Below are positions 45,949 to 57,582 of a stretch of 64,000 bases of DNA, one piece after another. Position 1 is the stretch's first letter. Each line of letters opens with the position of its first letter. A model generated the notes under the pieces. That model was given only the letters and a program-made list of their open reading frames with translations, searched no databases and was not told where the DNA came from. Both the position numbers and the translations under genes were made by a program. Origin of the DNA: a bacterium. Lineage in GTDB: Bacteria > Desulfobacterota > DSWW01. The stretch lies in contig JBFLZG010000130.1 in assembly GCA_040756235.1 (NCBI GenBank), positions 1-64,000 on the forward strand, given 5' to 3'.

Positions 45949-48612
45949 CTAAGAGGTTGATTTCGCCTTCCCGGACGCTGCGGCCAGCAACGCCTTGAGT
46001 CGCTCGAAGGCCCCGGGCACGGCCTCCGGCCGCGAGCCTCCCGCCTGCGCCATTTCCGGCTTGCCTCCGCCGCTGCCCCCCACTTCCTTGGCCACCTCGC
46101 GGATGAGGTTGCCGGCATGGAGGGGAGGGATGAGGTCCTTCGTGACGGACAGGATGAGCTGGACCTTCCCCTGATCGCCACTGGCCAGGAGGACGACTCC
46201 GCTGCGGAGCCGGTCCTTGATGAAGTCGGCCAGCTTGCGCAGCGTGGCCGCATCCGCCTCGTATTGCGCCGTGACGACCGGAATGGCGCCGATCTTCTCC
46301 GCGGAGGCGAGGATCTCTTCGGCCTTCTCGAGCAGCTGATCCTTGTGCTTCGACTGCAGTCCTTTTTCCAGCTCCTTGTGCTTGTCCTGAAGCCGCTGGA
46401 TGCGCTGGAGGACCTCTCCGGGCCTCGCTTGGAGAGCCGAGGAGACCTGCCGGTACTCCTTTTCGAGATCCTGCACGTAGCGGGTGGCTCCTTCGCCCGT
46501 AAGGGCCTCGATCCGCCTCACCCCGGCCGCCACGCTGGACTCGTGAACGATCTTGAAGAACCCGATGTCTCCGGTCCTCGTCACGTGCGTGCCGCCGCAC
46601 AGCTCTTTGCTGAACCCTCCGATGTTGGCCAGGCGGACGACATCCCCGTATTTTTCCCCGAACAAGGCGATCGCCTTCTGTGCCTGGGCTTCCTGGAAGG
46701 ACAGGTGGCGGACCTCCATCGAGTGGTTTTCGCGGATCCTTTCGTTCACCAGAGCCTCTACGGACCGGGTCTCTTCTTCGCTCAGCGGGGCGAAATGGGT
46801 GAAGTCGAAGCGGAGCCGATCCGGCGAGACCAGAGAGCCGGACTGCCGGACGTGGTCTCCGAGGAGAGTCCTGAGGGCGAACTGAAGAAGATGCGTTGCC
46901 GTATGGTTCCCGGCGGTCGCTCTTCTGCGCCGCCCATCCACCCGCAGCAGGACCTCTTCGCCCTCCTGAAGCCGCCCCCGGGTTACCTTTCCCGTGTGAA
47001 GAATCGTATGCCCCGGACCGTAGTACGTATTCGTGACCAGAAAAGAGCCGCGGGCGCCTTCGATCACCCCTTGGTCCCCGACCTGCCCTCCGCTTTCCGC
47101 ATAGAAGGGCGTCTGCTGGACCACGAGCTCGGCCTCGTCCCCCTCCCGCACCTCGGGCGTCCGCTTGCCCCCGGTCACGAGGAGCGCGATGACCGATGTG
47201 TTCTCGAGCCTGTCGTAGCCCACGAATTCACTCTGGACCCCGGCCAAGGCTCCTTCCTGGCTCCACCTTCCTGCATCCGTCCCTTTCCACGAAGCCCTGG
47301 CCTTCTCTTTCTGCTCCTCCATGCACGCGGCGAACCCATCGAGGTCCACGGCGAGCTTTCTCTCGGCCGCCAGATCCTGGGTCAGCTCGGGCGGAAAACC
47401 GTAGGTGTCGTAGAGCTTGAATACGAGATGGCCGGGCAGGGTCCCGCCCCCGGCCGCCTCCAGCTTGTCCAGCTCGGTCTGGAAGATGCGGATGCCGGTC
47501 TCCAGGGTCTCGAGAAACCGCTTTTCCTCGCTGCCGAGGACGCGGGAGACGAAGGCGCGGTTGTCCGCGAGCTCCGGGTAGCTCTGACGGAACATGGCGA
47601 GGATGACCTCGAGAACGCGGTCCACGAGCGGTCCGGCGTGCCCGAGCCTGCGGGCGTGCACCAGGGAGCGGCGCAGGATGCGTCTGAGGACGTAGCCGCG
47701 GCCCTCGTTCGAGGGCAGCACGCCGTCCGAGACCAGAAAGGCCGCTCCGCGCAGGTGGTCCGCTATGATGCGGCAGGATCGCAGGGCGGCCGCGTCCATC
47801 GTCTCCAGCCTCAGGCCGCAGATCTCGCTGATCGATTCCAGAAGGGGCCGAAACAGGTCGGTCTCGAAGATGCTGGGCTTTTCCTGCAGCACGAGGGCGA
47901 TCCTCTCCAGGCCCATGCCGGTGTCGATGTTCTTGGCCGGCAGCGGCTCGAACACGTCCTCGCCCCGTTTGTTGTACTGCATGAATACAAGGTTCCAGAT
48001 CTCCAGGAAGCGGCCGCACGCGCAGTTGGGCCGGCAAGAGGCGCCCAGGCTGCACGGGTTCCGGGTGAGGTCGAAATGGATCTCCGAGCACGGGCCGCAG
48101 GGACCCGTGGGCCCCGGAGGGCCCCAGAAGTTGTCCGTCGTGCCGAAGCGAAAGATCTTGGCCGCCGGTACGCCTCGGGCCTGCCAGAGATCGGCCGCCT
48201 CCTGGTCCTCGGGGATGACCCGCTCGCCGCCGAAGATGGTGACCGAGAGCCGCTCCTCCGGAATCCCCCAAGCGCGGGTGAGCAACTCCCAGGCAAAAGA
48301 GATGGCTTCCTTCTTGAAGTAGTCGCCGACAGAGAAGTTGCCCAGCATCTCGAAGAACGTGTCGTGGGTGGCGTCCCCGACCGCGTCGATGTCCGAGGTG
48401 CGGAAGCACTTCTGCACGCTGGTCAGGCGGCGGCCGGGCGGAGCTTGCTCCCCCAGGAAGTAAGGCTTGAACTGCTGCATGCCGGCGGTGGTCAACAGCA
48501 CGGTCGGATCGTCGGACGGGATCAGAGACGAGGAACGGACCCAGAGGTGCCCTCTGTCCTGAAAAAAACGCAGAAACTCGTCGCGAATCTGCTGTGCGGA
48601 AAGGTGCTTCAC
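45949..48612 (-). CDS. alaS: Alanine--tRNA ligase
   Basis: AGMQQFK, FFEMLGNFS, GPCGPCSEI, IDTGMGLER, HTATH, ELCGGTH, GGSGGG; GTGA overlap. Confidence 0.98.
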   Translation of the reverse strand: MKHLSAQQIRDEFLRFFQDRGHLWVRSSSLIPSDDPTVLLTTAGMQQFKPYFLGEQAPPGRRLTSVQKCFRTSDIDAVGDATHDTFFEMLGNFSVGDYFKKEAISFAWELLTRAWGIPEERLSVTIFGGERVIPEDQEAADLWQARGVPAAKIFRFGTTDNFWGPPGPTGPCGPCSEIHFDLTRNPCSLGASCRPNCACGRFLEIWNLVFMQYNKRGEDVFEPLPAKNIDTGMGLERIALVLQEKPSIFETDLFRPLLESISEICGLRLETMDAAALRSCRIIADHLRGAAFLVSDGVLPSNEGRGYVLRRILRRSLVHARRLGHAGPLVDRVLEVILAMFRQSYPELADNRAFVSRVLGSEEKRFLETLETGIRIFQTELDKLEAAGGGTLPGHLVFKLYDTYGFPPELTQDLAAERKLAVDLDGFAACMEEQKEKARASWKGTDAGRWSQEGALAGVQSEFVGYDRLENTSVIALLVTGGKRTPEVREGDEAELVVQQTPFYAESGGQVGDQGVIEGARGSFLVTNTYYGPGHTILHTGKVTRGRLQEGEEVLLRVDGRRRRATAGNHTATHLLQFALRTLLGDHVRQSGSLVSPDRLRFDFTHFAPLSEEETRSVEALVNERIRENHSMEVRHLSFQEAQAQKAIALFGEKYGDVVRLANIGGFSKELCGGTHVTRTGDIGFFKIVHESSVAAGVRRIEALTGEGATRYVQDLEKEYRQVSSALQARPGEVLQRIQRLQDKHKELEKGLQSKHKDQLLEKAEEILASAEKIGAIPVVTAQYEADAATLRKLADFIKDRLRSGVVLLASGDQGKVQLILSVTKDLIPPLHAGNLIREVAKEVGGSGGGKPEMAQAGGSRPEAVPGAFERLKALLAAASGKAKSTS

Positions 48613-49803
48613 TTCTCGAACCTCTCGATGTGGACCTGGGTGTCGTCCGCGCTGCCGCTCTGCTCTCGCTCCTGCTCGATTCTTGCGTCCAAGCCTTCCC
48701 ACCGGGAGTCGCTGGTCGAATAGATGCCGCGCACCTTGAGGGCGAAGTCGTCGGGGTTGCTGCTCTGGAGGAGCGCCTCTTCGTAGGTGATCAGCTGTTT
48801 CTCCAGGAGGTACATGAGAGACTGATCGAACGTCTGCATGCCGTACGTCGTGTACCCCTTGGCGATGGCGTCCCGTATCTCCTTGGTCTTGGTCCCGTCC
48901 TCGATGCACTGGCGAATGAAAGCCGTGTCGATCATGACTTCCACGGCGGGAACGCGGCCGCGTCCGTCGGCCCGGGGGACCAGGCGCTGGGAGATGACGC
49001 CCTTGACGATCCCCGCCAGCTGTCTGCGAATCTGCTGCTGCTGGCTCGACGGGAACACGGTGATGATGCGGTGGACGGTTTCGGTGGCGTCCAGCGTGTG
49101 GAGCGTGCTGAGGACCAGGTGCCCGGTTTCGGCAGCGAGCAGTCCGGTCTGGATGGTCTCGAAGTCGCGCATCTCGCCCACCAGGACCACGTCCGGGTCC
49201 TGGCGGAGAGCGGCCCGCAGGGCGCTCGCGAACGACTCCGCGTCGAAACCGACCTCCCGCTGGTTGATGAGACACTTGTGGTCCCGGTGGAGAAATTCGA
49301 TCGGGTCCTCGATCGTGATGATGTGGCAGTTGCGGTGCGTGTTGATGTGGTGGATGATCGCGGCCAAGGTCGTGGACTTGCCGCTGCCGGTCGTCCCGGT
49401 GACCAGGACGAGCCCCCGCTGCTCCAAAGCGATCTTCTTGACGATGGGAGGAAGGAAGAGATCATCGATCGTCTGGATCCGGTAGGGAATGAAACGGCAG
49501 GCGATGCTCGATACGCCTCGCTGCTGGAAGATGTTGATCCGGAAACGGCCCTGGTCCTCGACTCCATAGGAGATGTCGATCTGCTTGCGCTGCTCGTACT
49601 TCTGCATCTGCCATTCGTTCAGGATCTGTCCCACGGCCTCCTGGATTTCCTCGGCCGAGACCGGCGGGTGCTCCTTGTAGGGGTAGAGGGTCCCCATGAT
49701 CCGATAGATCGGTCGCAGACCTGCCCGGATGTGTACATCCGAGGCACCCCGGCTGATGGCGATCTTGAGAATGTCGTTCCACTCCAAGGCGCTGGCCCTC
49801 TTC

Positions 49804-49817
<14 letters not shown>
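48609..49817 (-). CDS. pilT: PilT/PilU family retraction ATPase
   Basis: [42 protein letters not shown]. Confidence 0.9.
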
Positions 49818-50835
<1,018 letters not shown>

Positions 50836-50845
50836 GGGCCCCCCT

Positions 50846-51430
50846 TCAGGTGTTCGCCTCTTCGGCGCGGTCGCGAAAATGGAAGTGCTGCAGATTCGTG
50901 TATATCGGCCCGGACGGCCGAAGCTGGCTCCGGATCAGCTCGATCCCGGTTGCGAGCGCTTCACCGACCCGCTCTTTTTGATGCTTTTCCAGGACCTTCT
51001 TCAGCTCGGTCTTGCCTCGGGGACTCTTCACCCTGCCCAATGTGAGATGGGGGCGGAAAGGCTTGTCCGGAGGCGGCCACTGGACCTGGTCCAGCTCTTT
51101 GGAAAGCCTCCTTTCCAGATGGGTCAGGGGCTCGGGAGGCTGCACGCCGACCCAGACGACCTTGGGCGATTGCAGGGTCGGAAAGGCGCCGAGTTCCTCG
51201 ATCCGAAACGAGAACGATTCTGTAACCTCTGCAGCCCTGCCGGCGGCCAGGGAGATCCTCCGGAGGTCACTCTCCGGGATCTCCCCCAGGAAACGAAGAG
51301 TCAGGTGAACGTTCGAGGCTTGCACCCAGCGCACATCGAACTGGGGCAGATCCAGACGCGACCGAAGGTTTTCGAGTGAGTCCCTCAGATCCTCCGGCAG
51401 ACTGATGGCGAGGAAACAGCGGATCGTCAA
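50846..51430 (-). CDS. thpR: RNA 2',3'-cyclic phosphodiesterase
   Basis: Two HxT motifs ([15 protein letters not shown]). Confidence 0.93.
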   Translation of the reverse strand: MTIRCFLAISLPEDLRDSLENLRSRLDLPQFDVRWVQASNVHLTLRFLGEIPESDLRRISLAAGRAAEVTESFSFRIEELGAFPTLQSPKVVWVGVQPPEPLTHLERRLSKELDQVQWPPPDKPFRPHLTLGRVKSPRGKTELKKVLEKHQKERVGEALATGIELIRSQLRPSGPIYTNLQHFHFRDRAEEANT

Positions 51431-51484
51431 CGGTCATCCACTCCCGTTTTGCCGCTTCGGCGAATATCCGTGCTCGCGGTCGCG

Positions 51485-51964
51485 TCAAGGCCGGAAAAAC
51501 ATGAAGAGGTGCATTAAAATGTTCGTGTACAAGCCCGCCACCACGTCGTCTAACGTAATCCCCCATCCGCCTGGAAACCTCCGGTCCACGAAGCGCGCCG
51601 GCTCGGGCTTCACTATATCAAAGAGCCTGAACAGAGCACAAGCGCCTGCCAGGGTGGACAGGGACACGGGTATGTAAGCCAGGGCGATCAGGAAGCCCGC
51701 GATCTCGTCCACAACCACGAACTGGGGGTCCCGCTCCTCCAGTTTTTTCTCCACGAACCCGGAGAGGGGAATGGAAACGAGGACGACCCCCAAGCTGCCG
51801 AGCAGATAGCCACCTTCCCCAAGCTCCTTCAATGCGAGAGACAGAGGAACTCCCAGCAGCAGGGTAGCCCATGTGCCCGGTGCTCCGGGCAGGTACCCGA
51901 TGTAACAGCCTGTTGCAAGGAAGTGAACCAATGTACTCAAAAGGGACCTCGCGGCGTGCCGCAC
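51485..51964 (-). CDS. pgpA: Phosphatidylglycerophosphatase A
   Basis: APGTWAT, VVDEIAG, FRLFDIVKP, LDDVVAG. Confidence 0.95.
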   Translation of the reverse strand: MRHAARSLLSTLVHFLATGCYIGYLPGAPGTWATLLLGVPLSLALKELGEGGYLLGSLGVVLVSIPLSGFVEKKLEERDPQFVVVDEIAGFLIALAYIPVSLSTLAGACALFRLFDIVKPEPARFVDRRFPGGWGITLDDVVAGLYTNILMHLFMFFRP

Positions 51965-52085
51965 CCTTGTGAGAAAGCAAGATCGGGGCCGATGCGTCCG
52001 GCGCGCCCCAGAACGGGTGCCAGGTGTCGGGCTTGGGGTTGAGCGCTGAAACCCGATACCTGAAACCTCCTCCTCGGCCCCCGGA

Positions 52086-52658
52086 TCAGGGTCGGATGAT
52101 GCGGAAATGCAAGGCGCTGATCAGGCTGCCGTATGAGCCCTGCATCCGCTTGGCCAGCGCGTCGACGTCCCTGTAGTACTGGAACATGTCGATCAGCAGC
52201 ATGTCGAAAGCAGAGCTCGAGATCCAGTCCACCGGCTGTCGGTAGCCGCAGACACAGAGGCAGCCGGTCCTCTGCACGAACGTCCGGATCCTTCGAGGCG
52301 AAACGTCCAGCAGGTTGCAGCTCCCGAAATGGAGAATCCGGCCGGCGCACTTGCCTGCGAGGAGCTCGCCGAGCTCCTCGAGGACGAGACAGGTCTTCTT
52401 GTTGATCTCCAGGGCCCCGGGCTGTCCGTGAAAGGCCAGATATCCGATCGCGTACCGCTCGTATCGCTTGTAAGGCCATTGTTGAAGGTAGTAGGTCAGC
52501 TCCTCCCGGGTTCCGCAGTTCCGATGAATGTAGTGAAGATTGCAGTTTACGCTGAGGAACTCCAGGACCGAGCGGATGCTGGCCCGGTTTCTCATGTCCG
52601 AGTGCCAGTTTCCCTCGAGGCAAAAAACATACTTCTGGTAGTACTTTGCGAATCTCAT
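52086..52658 (-). CDS. DUF6642-like protein with caspase/CHAT-like motifs
   Basis: FCLEGNW, YLAFHG, LHFGSC, VCGY..VDW. Confidence 0.65.
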   Translation of the reverse strand: MRFAKYYQKYVFCLEGNWHSDMRNRASIRSVLEFLSVNCNLHYIHRNCGTREELTYYLQQWPYKRYERYAIGYLAFHGQPGALEINKKTCLVLEELGELLAGKCAGRILHFGSCNLLDVSPRRIRTFVQRTGCLCVCGYRQPVDWISSSAFDMLLIDMFQYYRDVDALAKRMQGSYGSLISALHFRIIRP

Positions 52659-52821
52659 GCAGAGCCTGTACCGGGTGAGGGCCGGTCGAATGTTAAAGCT
52701 TCATGGGATCGCCGTCAACTGCGCCGGGCACCCGCGCGCCGGCCCGCGCAGCCATGCGGGGCTGATCGGTCGGGCTTGCGCCTGCCCGCGACCTGCCCCT
52801 ATACTCTGTTCTACACAAACC

Positions 52822-53298
52822 ATGATCCGGGAGGGCGGAGAGAGATTGGAGGAGGGCAGCGGGAGATCGAGTCAGGGCAGACACAAGTCCATGGCTCTCG
52901 ACCTTGGCGAGAAGACCATCGGCGTGGCCGTGAGCGACGATTTGGGGTGGACGGCCCAGCCTCTGACGACCCTGAAGAGGAAGAGCCCGCGGGAGGACGT
53001 GGACGAAATCGTCCTCCTGGTGGAGGAGCACCGGGTGGATCAGCTGGTCGTCGGCCTGCCCGTCAACATGGACGGGACCATGGGTCATCAGGCCCGCCGC
53101 GTGCTGAGCTTCGTCGAAAGCATGAAGCAGCGGTTGAAGGTTCCGGTCATCACCTGGGACGAGCGACTTTCCACAGTTGCCGTGGAACGGGTCTTGCTGG
53201 AGGCGGATGTCAGCAGGAGGAAGCGGAAGCAGCACATCGACAAGCTCGCCGCTGCCTACATCCTGCAAGGTTACCTGGATTCGCAGCCCCGCTCCTGA
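52822..53298 (+). CDS. ruvX: RuvX/YqgF pre-16S rRNA nuclease; start uncertain
   Basis: ALDLGEKTIGVAVSD, VVGLP, WDERLST, IDKLAAAYIL. Confidence 0.95.
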   Translation: MIREGGERLEEGSGRSSQGRHKSMALDLGEKTIGVAVSDDLGWTAQPLTTLKRKSPREDVDEIVLLVEEHRVDQLVVGLPVNMDGTMGHQARRVLSFVESMKQRLKVPVITWDERLSTVAVERVLLEADVSRRKRKQHIDKLAAAYILQGYLDSQPRS

Positions 53299-53330
53299 TC
53301 CGTGTCCTGCTGACGCAAGGAACTTGAAAG

Positions 53331-54320
53331 ATGTGGAAATACGTGACGGTGGCCGCTCTGCTGCTCGGCCTGCCGCTGAGCCTGCTCGGATACTACCGCT
53401 GTCCTCACGATTTGCAGGCGAGGCAGGCCGTCGAGCTCGTGGTCGAAGGCGAAACCCTGTGCGACGTCGCCCGGCGGCTTGCCCGGAACGATCTGCTCCG
53501 TATGCCCCGGCTGTTTGCCTGGCTCGCGCGGACCATGAACATGGATCACTCGGTGCAGGCGGGGGAATATATTCTCCATTCCTCGATGAGCCCGCGCGAA
53601 ATCCTGCGCGGCCTCTCCTCCGGTGAGGTCATCCTGTATCGAATCACGGTGCCCGAGGGCTACTCGGTGAAGCAGGTTGCGGTCCTGCTGGACCAGAACC
53701 AACTGGCCCCGAGCTCGATCTTGCTCGAGGAGAGCCGGAGCGGCTCTCTGGCAAAGGAATTGGGGGTGCCCTCCGACTCGCTCGAAGGCTATCTGTTTCC
53801 GGACACCTATTATTTTTCCAGAGGTCACACCTCGCAGACCCTCCTGGGGACCATGGTCCGGCAGTTCTGGAAATCCTTTGATGAAAGCATGAGGCAAGCC
53901 TTGGACCGGACCGACTGGAGCCTTCATGAGGTCGTCACGATGGCTTCGATCGTCGAGGCCGAGACCAGCCGCAAGGAGGAAAAGCCCCTGATCGCATCGG
54001 TCATGATCAACCGTCTGAAGAAAGGGATGCCCCTGCAGGCGGACCCCACGGTCATCTACGGCCTGGACGAATTCGACGGGAATCTGAAGAAGGAGCACCT
54101 CCTCCTGCAGCACCCGTACAACACCTACAGCATGACGGGGCTGCCGCCGGGCCCCATCTGCAACCCCGGCATCGAATCCCTGAAAGCGGTCCTGTCCCCG
54201 GCGGACACGCCTTATCTCTTCTTTGTATCCCGCAACGACGGCACGCACGAGTTCTCCGCGACTCTGGGCGATCACAATCGTGCCGTGCTCAAGTTTCAGA
54301 AGAGCTCGGGGAAGCGCTGA
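53331..54320 (+). CDS. mltG: Endolytic transglycosylase
   Basis: TVPEG, EGYLFPDTY, ASIVEAE, LQADPT, PYNTY, GLPPGPI. Confidence 0.96.
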   Translation: MWKYVTVAALLLGLPLSLLGYYRCPHDLQARQAVELVVEGETLCDVARRLARNDLLRMPRLFAWLARTMNMDHSVQAGEYILHSSMSPREILRGLSSGEVILYRITVPEGYSVKQVAVLLDQNQLAPSSILLEESRSGSLAKELGVPSDSLEGYLFPDTYYFSRGHTSQTLLGTMVRQFWKSFDESMRQALDRTDWSLHEVVTMASIVEAETSRKEEKPLIASVMINRLKKGMPLQADPTVIYGLDEFDGNLKKEHLLLQHPYNTYSMTGLPPGPICNPGIESLKAVLSPADTPYLFFVSRNDGTHEFSATLGDHNRAVLKFQKSSGKR

Positions 54321-54593
54321 AGCAGAGGGGAGGCTCCGGGAAGGCCGGGACCGTGATGCCGATACCCCGCAAGCGGCACAAGCCTCCGGTTCTGCATGGG
54401 GCGTACGTGCTTATCCGGATGGAAGGAATCTTCCGAGCAGGATGCTAAGATCTTGGAAGGATCTGCGGCTGCTCCCTGGAGCTCCGCGGCGTGCGGCCGG
54501 AGGGGATATCGAGAAGCTGGAAGACGCTTCCTCCGTCAGGTCGGATCGCTCCCCGTACTCGGCCGGACGGCCGGGAGCGGCAACGGTCTCGCG

Positions 54594-55022
54594 TCATTCT
54601 TCCTCTTCCTTGATGAACTCACCTATTCCAATGTCTTTGGAAAAGGGGGTTCCGGCGGACTCGGCATAGAGCTTTCGCTGTCGTTCTTCCTTGGTCTTGC
54701 AGGCGACGCAGACCGTTGTCGACGGCATGACTTTGAGCCTGCCGAACGGGATCTTCTCTCCGCATCTGTCGCAAATGCCGAACGTGCCCTCTTCGATACG
54801 TTCGAGAGCGTCCTCGATCTGCTTGAGCTTCTGTCGCTCCCGTTCGTTGAGTCTGAGCCTCAGCTCCCGTTCGCGGTCGCTCGATGCGATGTCGCAGACG
54901 TCCCCTCCTTCGGCTTCCGTGGTACGCGGAGCCGAATCGATCTTGGAGGTGATGCCCCTCAAAAGCAGAGCCCGATCCTGCACGAGCTGGGTCTTGATGG
55001 ACTTCAGTTCCTTCTGGGTCAC
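54594..55022 (-). CDS. dksA: DksA/TraR family C4 zinc-finger protein
   Basis: DxxD (DVCD) coiled-coil tip, CDRC...CVAC. Confidence 0.85.
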   Translation of the reverse strand: MTQKELKSIKTQLVQDRALLLRGITSKIDSAPRTTEAEGGDVCDIASSDRERELRLRLNERERQKLKQIEDALERIEEGTFGICDRCGEKIPFGRLKVMPSTTVCVACKTKEERQRKLYAESAGTPFSKDIGIGEFIKEEEE

Positions 55023-55071
55023 CGGAGTCTCCTTGTGGTTCGAAGTGGCTCGGAATCAAAAGCGGAGAGTC

Positions 55072-55099
55072 AATATAATTATCCAAGTATGTTTGTCAA
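55072..55099 (-). promoter_or_regulatory. sigma70-type promoter of the dksA-like gene
   Basis: TTGACA-N16-TATATT, AT-rich. Confidence 0.65.
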
Positions 55100-55193
55100 G
55101 ACCCCGTTCGATTTTTTCGATCCTGCCATTTCGCACCCCCGGCGGCGGGTTGCGGACCCCCTCCGGAAGGGCCTGAAGCACCTTCCGTGAGAA

Positions 55194-56654
55194 TCATCGG
55201 CAAATGGACTTCCCGGCTTTACGGGCCCTGGCAGGGCCCTCCGGCTCGAGGGGCTCTGCCAGGAGGTCGTACGTGCGTGCTCCCGTGATCCGAACGTCGA
55301 GCAGGGAGCCCGCCGCGGCCGGAGGCGTTCGGCGCAGGCAGACGTGGCCGTCCACCTCGGGAGACTGGTACCGGGTCCTGGCCTTCAGAGAATAGCCGGA
55401 CCCCGTTGCGGCTCGACTTTCCGTCAGCGCGCCTTCGACCAGGACTTGCTGCACGGTCCCCACGTACCGCTTCTGGATCTCCCTGGAGATGCGGGACTGC
55501 ACCTTGAAGACCTTCCGGAAACGCTCCTCGGCTACGCGGCGGGGCACGGGCGCGGGAAGCCGGCTGGCATCGGTGCCCGGCTCGGGGCTGTAGCAGAACG
55601 CTCCGACGTGATGGAACCGGACGAGCCTCAGGAAACGCGTCAGGCTCTCGAACTCCCGCTCCGTCTCGCCCGGAAAGCCCACCATGACCGTGGTCCGCAG
55701 GGCCAAGTCCGGGCGGGCGCGCCGCAGCCTTTCGATCAGCCGCAGGAGGTCGTCTTCCGTATAGGGCCGCCTCATGGCTTTGAGGATCCGCGGGGCCACG
55801 TGCTGAATCGGCAGGTCGAGATACGGGCAGAGCTTCTCCAGCTCGGCCATGGCGCACACCAGGTTCTCGTCGACATGGGAAGGGTGGCAGTACAGAAGGC
55901 GAATCCAGCGCACCGCATCGATCCGCTGGAGCGCGCTCAGGAGCCTCGCCAGGGGCCTGGAGCTGGAAGCCCCCCTCTCTCGACCGTAGGCAGCGAGATC
56001 CTGGGCGACGAGGTTCAGCTCGAGGACTCCCTGCTCCGCCAGCCGTGCCGCTTCTTCTGTGATCTCGGCCGAGCTCCTGCTCCTCAGAGGTCCTCGGATC
56101 CCCGGCAGCGTGCAATAGGAGCACCGGTTGGAGCAGCCCTCGGCAATCTTGAGGTACGCCCAAGGGCCGGGAGCCAACCTCTGCACACGCTCCCCTGCCA
56201 CGCGTAAAGCTCTTGGATGCCGGGGAGGGCGATGAAGGATTCGCCTGGTGCCTCCCTCATGCAAATATTCGTGCAGGACAGGGCCGATCCGGCCCATGGC
56301 AGGTATTTTGACCAGGAGGTCGACCTCCGGGACCTGCTGGAGCAGGGTCGTTCCCAGGCGCTGAACCAGACACCCGGCCACTGCCAGGCACCGGCAGCGG
56401 CCCTGGCGCCGGTAGCGGGCAAACCGCCGGATGGCAGCCAGGTTCTCCTGGACGGCGTCCTGGATGAAGGCGCACGTGTTGAGCAGGATGACGTCCGCCT
56501 CGTCGGGCGCAGCAACGAACGAGAAACCGTCGCCTAGCAAGCGAGCGGCCGTCACTTCCGAATCCACCTGGTTTTTGGCGCAGCCGAGCGTCATCAGGTA
56601 CACGGCCGCCCTCGGTTCCCGAGGCTGCGATGGTGCTGACATTTTGCGACTCAT
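55194..56654 (-). CDS. rimO: Ribosomal protein S12 methylthiotransferase
   Basis: LGCAKNQVDSE, NTCAFI, KIAEGCSNRCSYC, PEVDG TRAM domain. Confidence 0.95.
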   Translation of the reverse strand: MSRKMSAPSQPREPRAAVYLMTLGCAKNQVDSEVTAARLLGDGFSFVAAPDEADVILLNTCAFIQDAVQENLAAIRRFARYRRQGRCRCLAVAGCLVQRLGTTLLQQVPEVDLLVKIPAMGRIGPVLHEYLHEGGTRRILHRPPRHPRALRVAGERVQRLAPGPWAYLKIAEGCSNRCSYCTLPGIRGPLRSRSSAEITEEAARLAEQGVLELNLVAQDLAAYGRERGASSSRPLARLLSALQRIDAVRWIRLLYCHPSHVDENLVCAMAELEKLCPYLDLPIQHVAPRILKAMRRPYTEDDLLRLIERLRRARPDLALRTTVMVGFPGETEREFESLTRFLRLVRFHHVGAFCYSPEPGTDASRLPAPVPRRVAEERFRKVFKVQSRISREIQKRYVGTVQQVLVEGALTESRAATGSGYSLKARTRYQSPEVDGHVCLRRTPPAAAGSLLDVRITGARTYDLLAEPLEPEGPARARKAGKSICR

Positions 56655-56697
56655 TTCGGGTCCCCTGGGTGGTCCGGTCTCCCTCCACGGCCGTCCG

Positions 56698-56801
56698 AAA
56701 GCGCACGGGAGCACAGTGGACCCCGGCCTTTCGCCGGGGCAGCCCCCCCCCGCCTCCATTCACGAGCGCAACGCAGCTGATGGGCGTTTACGAACAGTCT
56801 G
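56698..56801 (-). repeat. Partial inverted-repeat element abutting the lolA stop
   Basis: TAG|CAGACTGTTCGTAAACGCCCATCAGCTGCG; internal GCACAGTGGACCCCGGCCTTTCGCCGGGGCAG matches the 32115 copy. Confidence 0.75.
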
Positions 56802-57530
56802 CTAAAGGGAATCGCCGAGGACTTCCGCCCCTTCGGGCGGCTCGAAGCGAAAGAGACCATCGTCGAAGGGCACGTTGATCTCCCAGTCATGAAAGAAGAT
56901 CTTCGTCACGTTGTGGAGCAGGTCCTGCGACTCTGTCCTTGCCAGCAGGAAGTCCTGCTTGCGGACGGACAGGATCATCTCCACCAGGGAGAGCCGGGTC
57001 TCCGACTTCGGGATCAGGCGCAGCCGATAGTAGGACTCCTGACCGGCTTCCGGGGGCAGCAGGGTGACCGTGAAGGAGTCGGAGAGCCTGCCCTGGGCGA
57101 GCAGGAGACGGACCTGGGCCATGCCCGGAAAGTCCTGCTCCGAAGTCTCCATGACCTGGTTGCGGCCCGGCAGCCACACGTAGACGCGGCCCGGCAGCAT
57201 GTAGATCTCCTGGGCCTCCGGCTCCCGATAGCTCCACCGCACCTTGTCCGGCTTCTGGATGTAGATCTCCCCCGATGACCGCTTGGTCCGCTGGATGGAC
57301 TTGGTCTCGGTCTCCTGATCGAACCGGGCGCGATACGTGCGGATCTTCTGGTAAGTCCCTTCCATGCGTCCGAGCAGCTCTTCCAGCGGCAGATTTCGGG
57401 AGTCTGCCCCGGAAGAGGCGGAGGCTTGCTCCGCCGGCGTTCCCGCAAACACGGGTCGGCCGCCGTCGAGGAAGCATGCCGCGCAGAGAAAGCACCCGAC
57501 CAGCAAGGATTTCCGTTTCAGCTCCCGCAT
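56802..57530 (-). CDS. lolA: Outer-membrane lipoprotein carrier
   Basis: ARFDQ, SGEIYIQKPDKVRWSY.EP, FRFEPPEG; directly downstream of ftsK. Confidence 0.88.
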   Translation of the reverse strand: MRELKRKSLLVGCFLCAACFLDGGRPVFAGTPAEQASASSGADSRNLPLEELLGRMEGTYQKIRTYRARFDQETETKSIQRTKRSSGEIYIQKPDKVRWSYREPEAQEIYMLPGRVYVWLPGRNQVMETSEQDFPGMAQVRLLLAQGRLSDSFTVTLLPPEAGQESYYRLRLIPKSETRLSLVEMILSVRKQDFLLARTESQDLLHNVTKIFFHDWEINVPFDDGLFRFEPPEGAEVLGDSL

Positions 57531-57582
57531 CTTTTCCCTCTCGGATGAAATTCCGCAGGCGGGCCGCGCTTCGGGACAGCCT

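Noticed and set aside
48613..49275. 1108-aa alaS with a long N-terminal extension
   Set aside because: The extension is an alternate frame of pilT; AlaRS homology starts at GTG 48612
54321..54593. Possible ncRNA between mltG and dksA
   Set aside because: Only weak hairpins; no recognisable 6S, SRP, tmRNA or tRNA features
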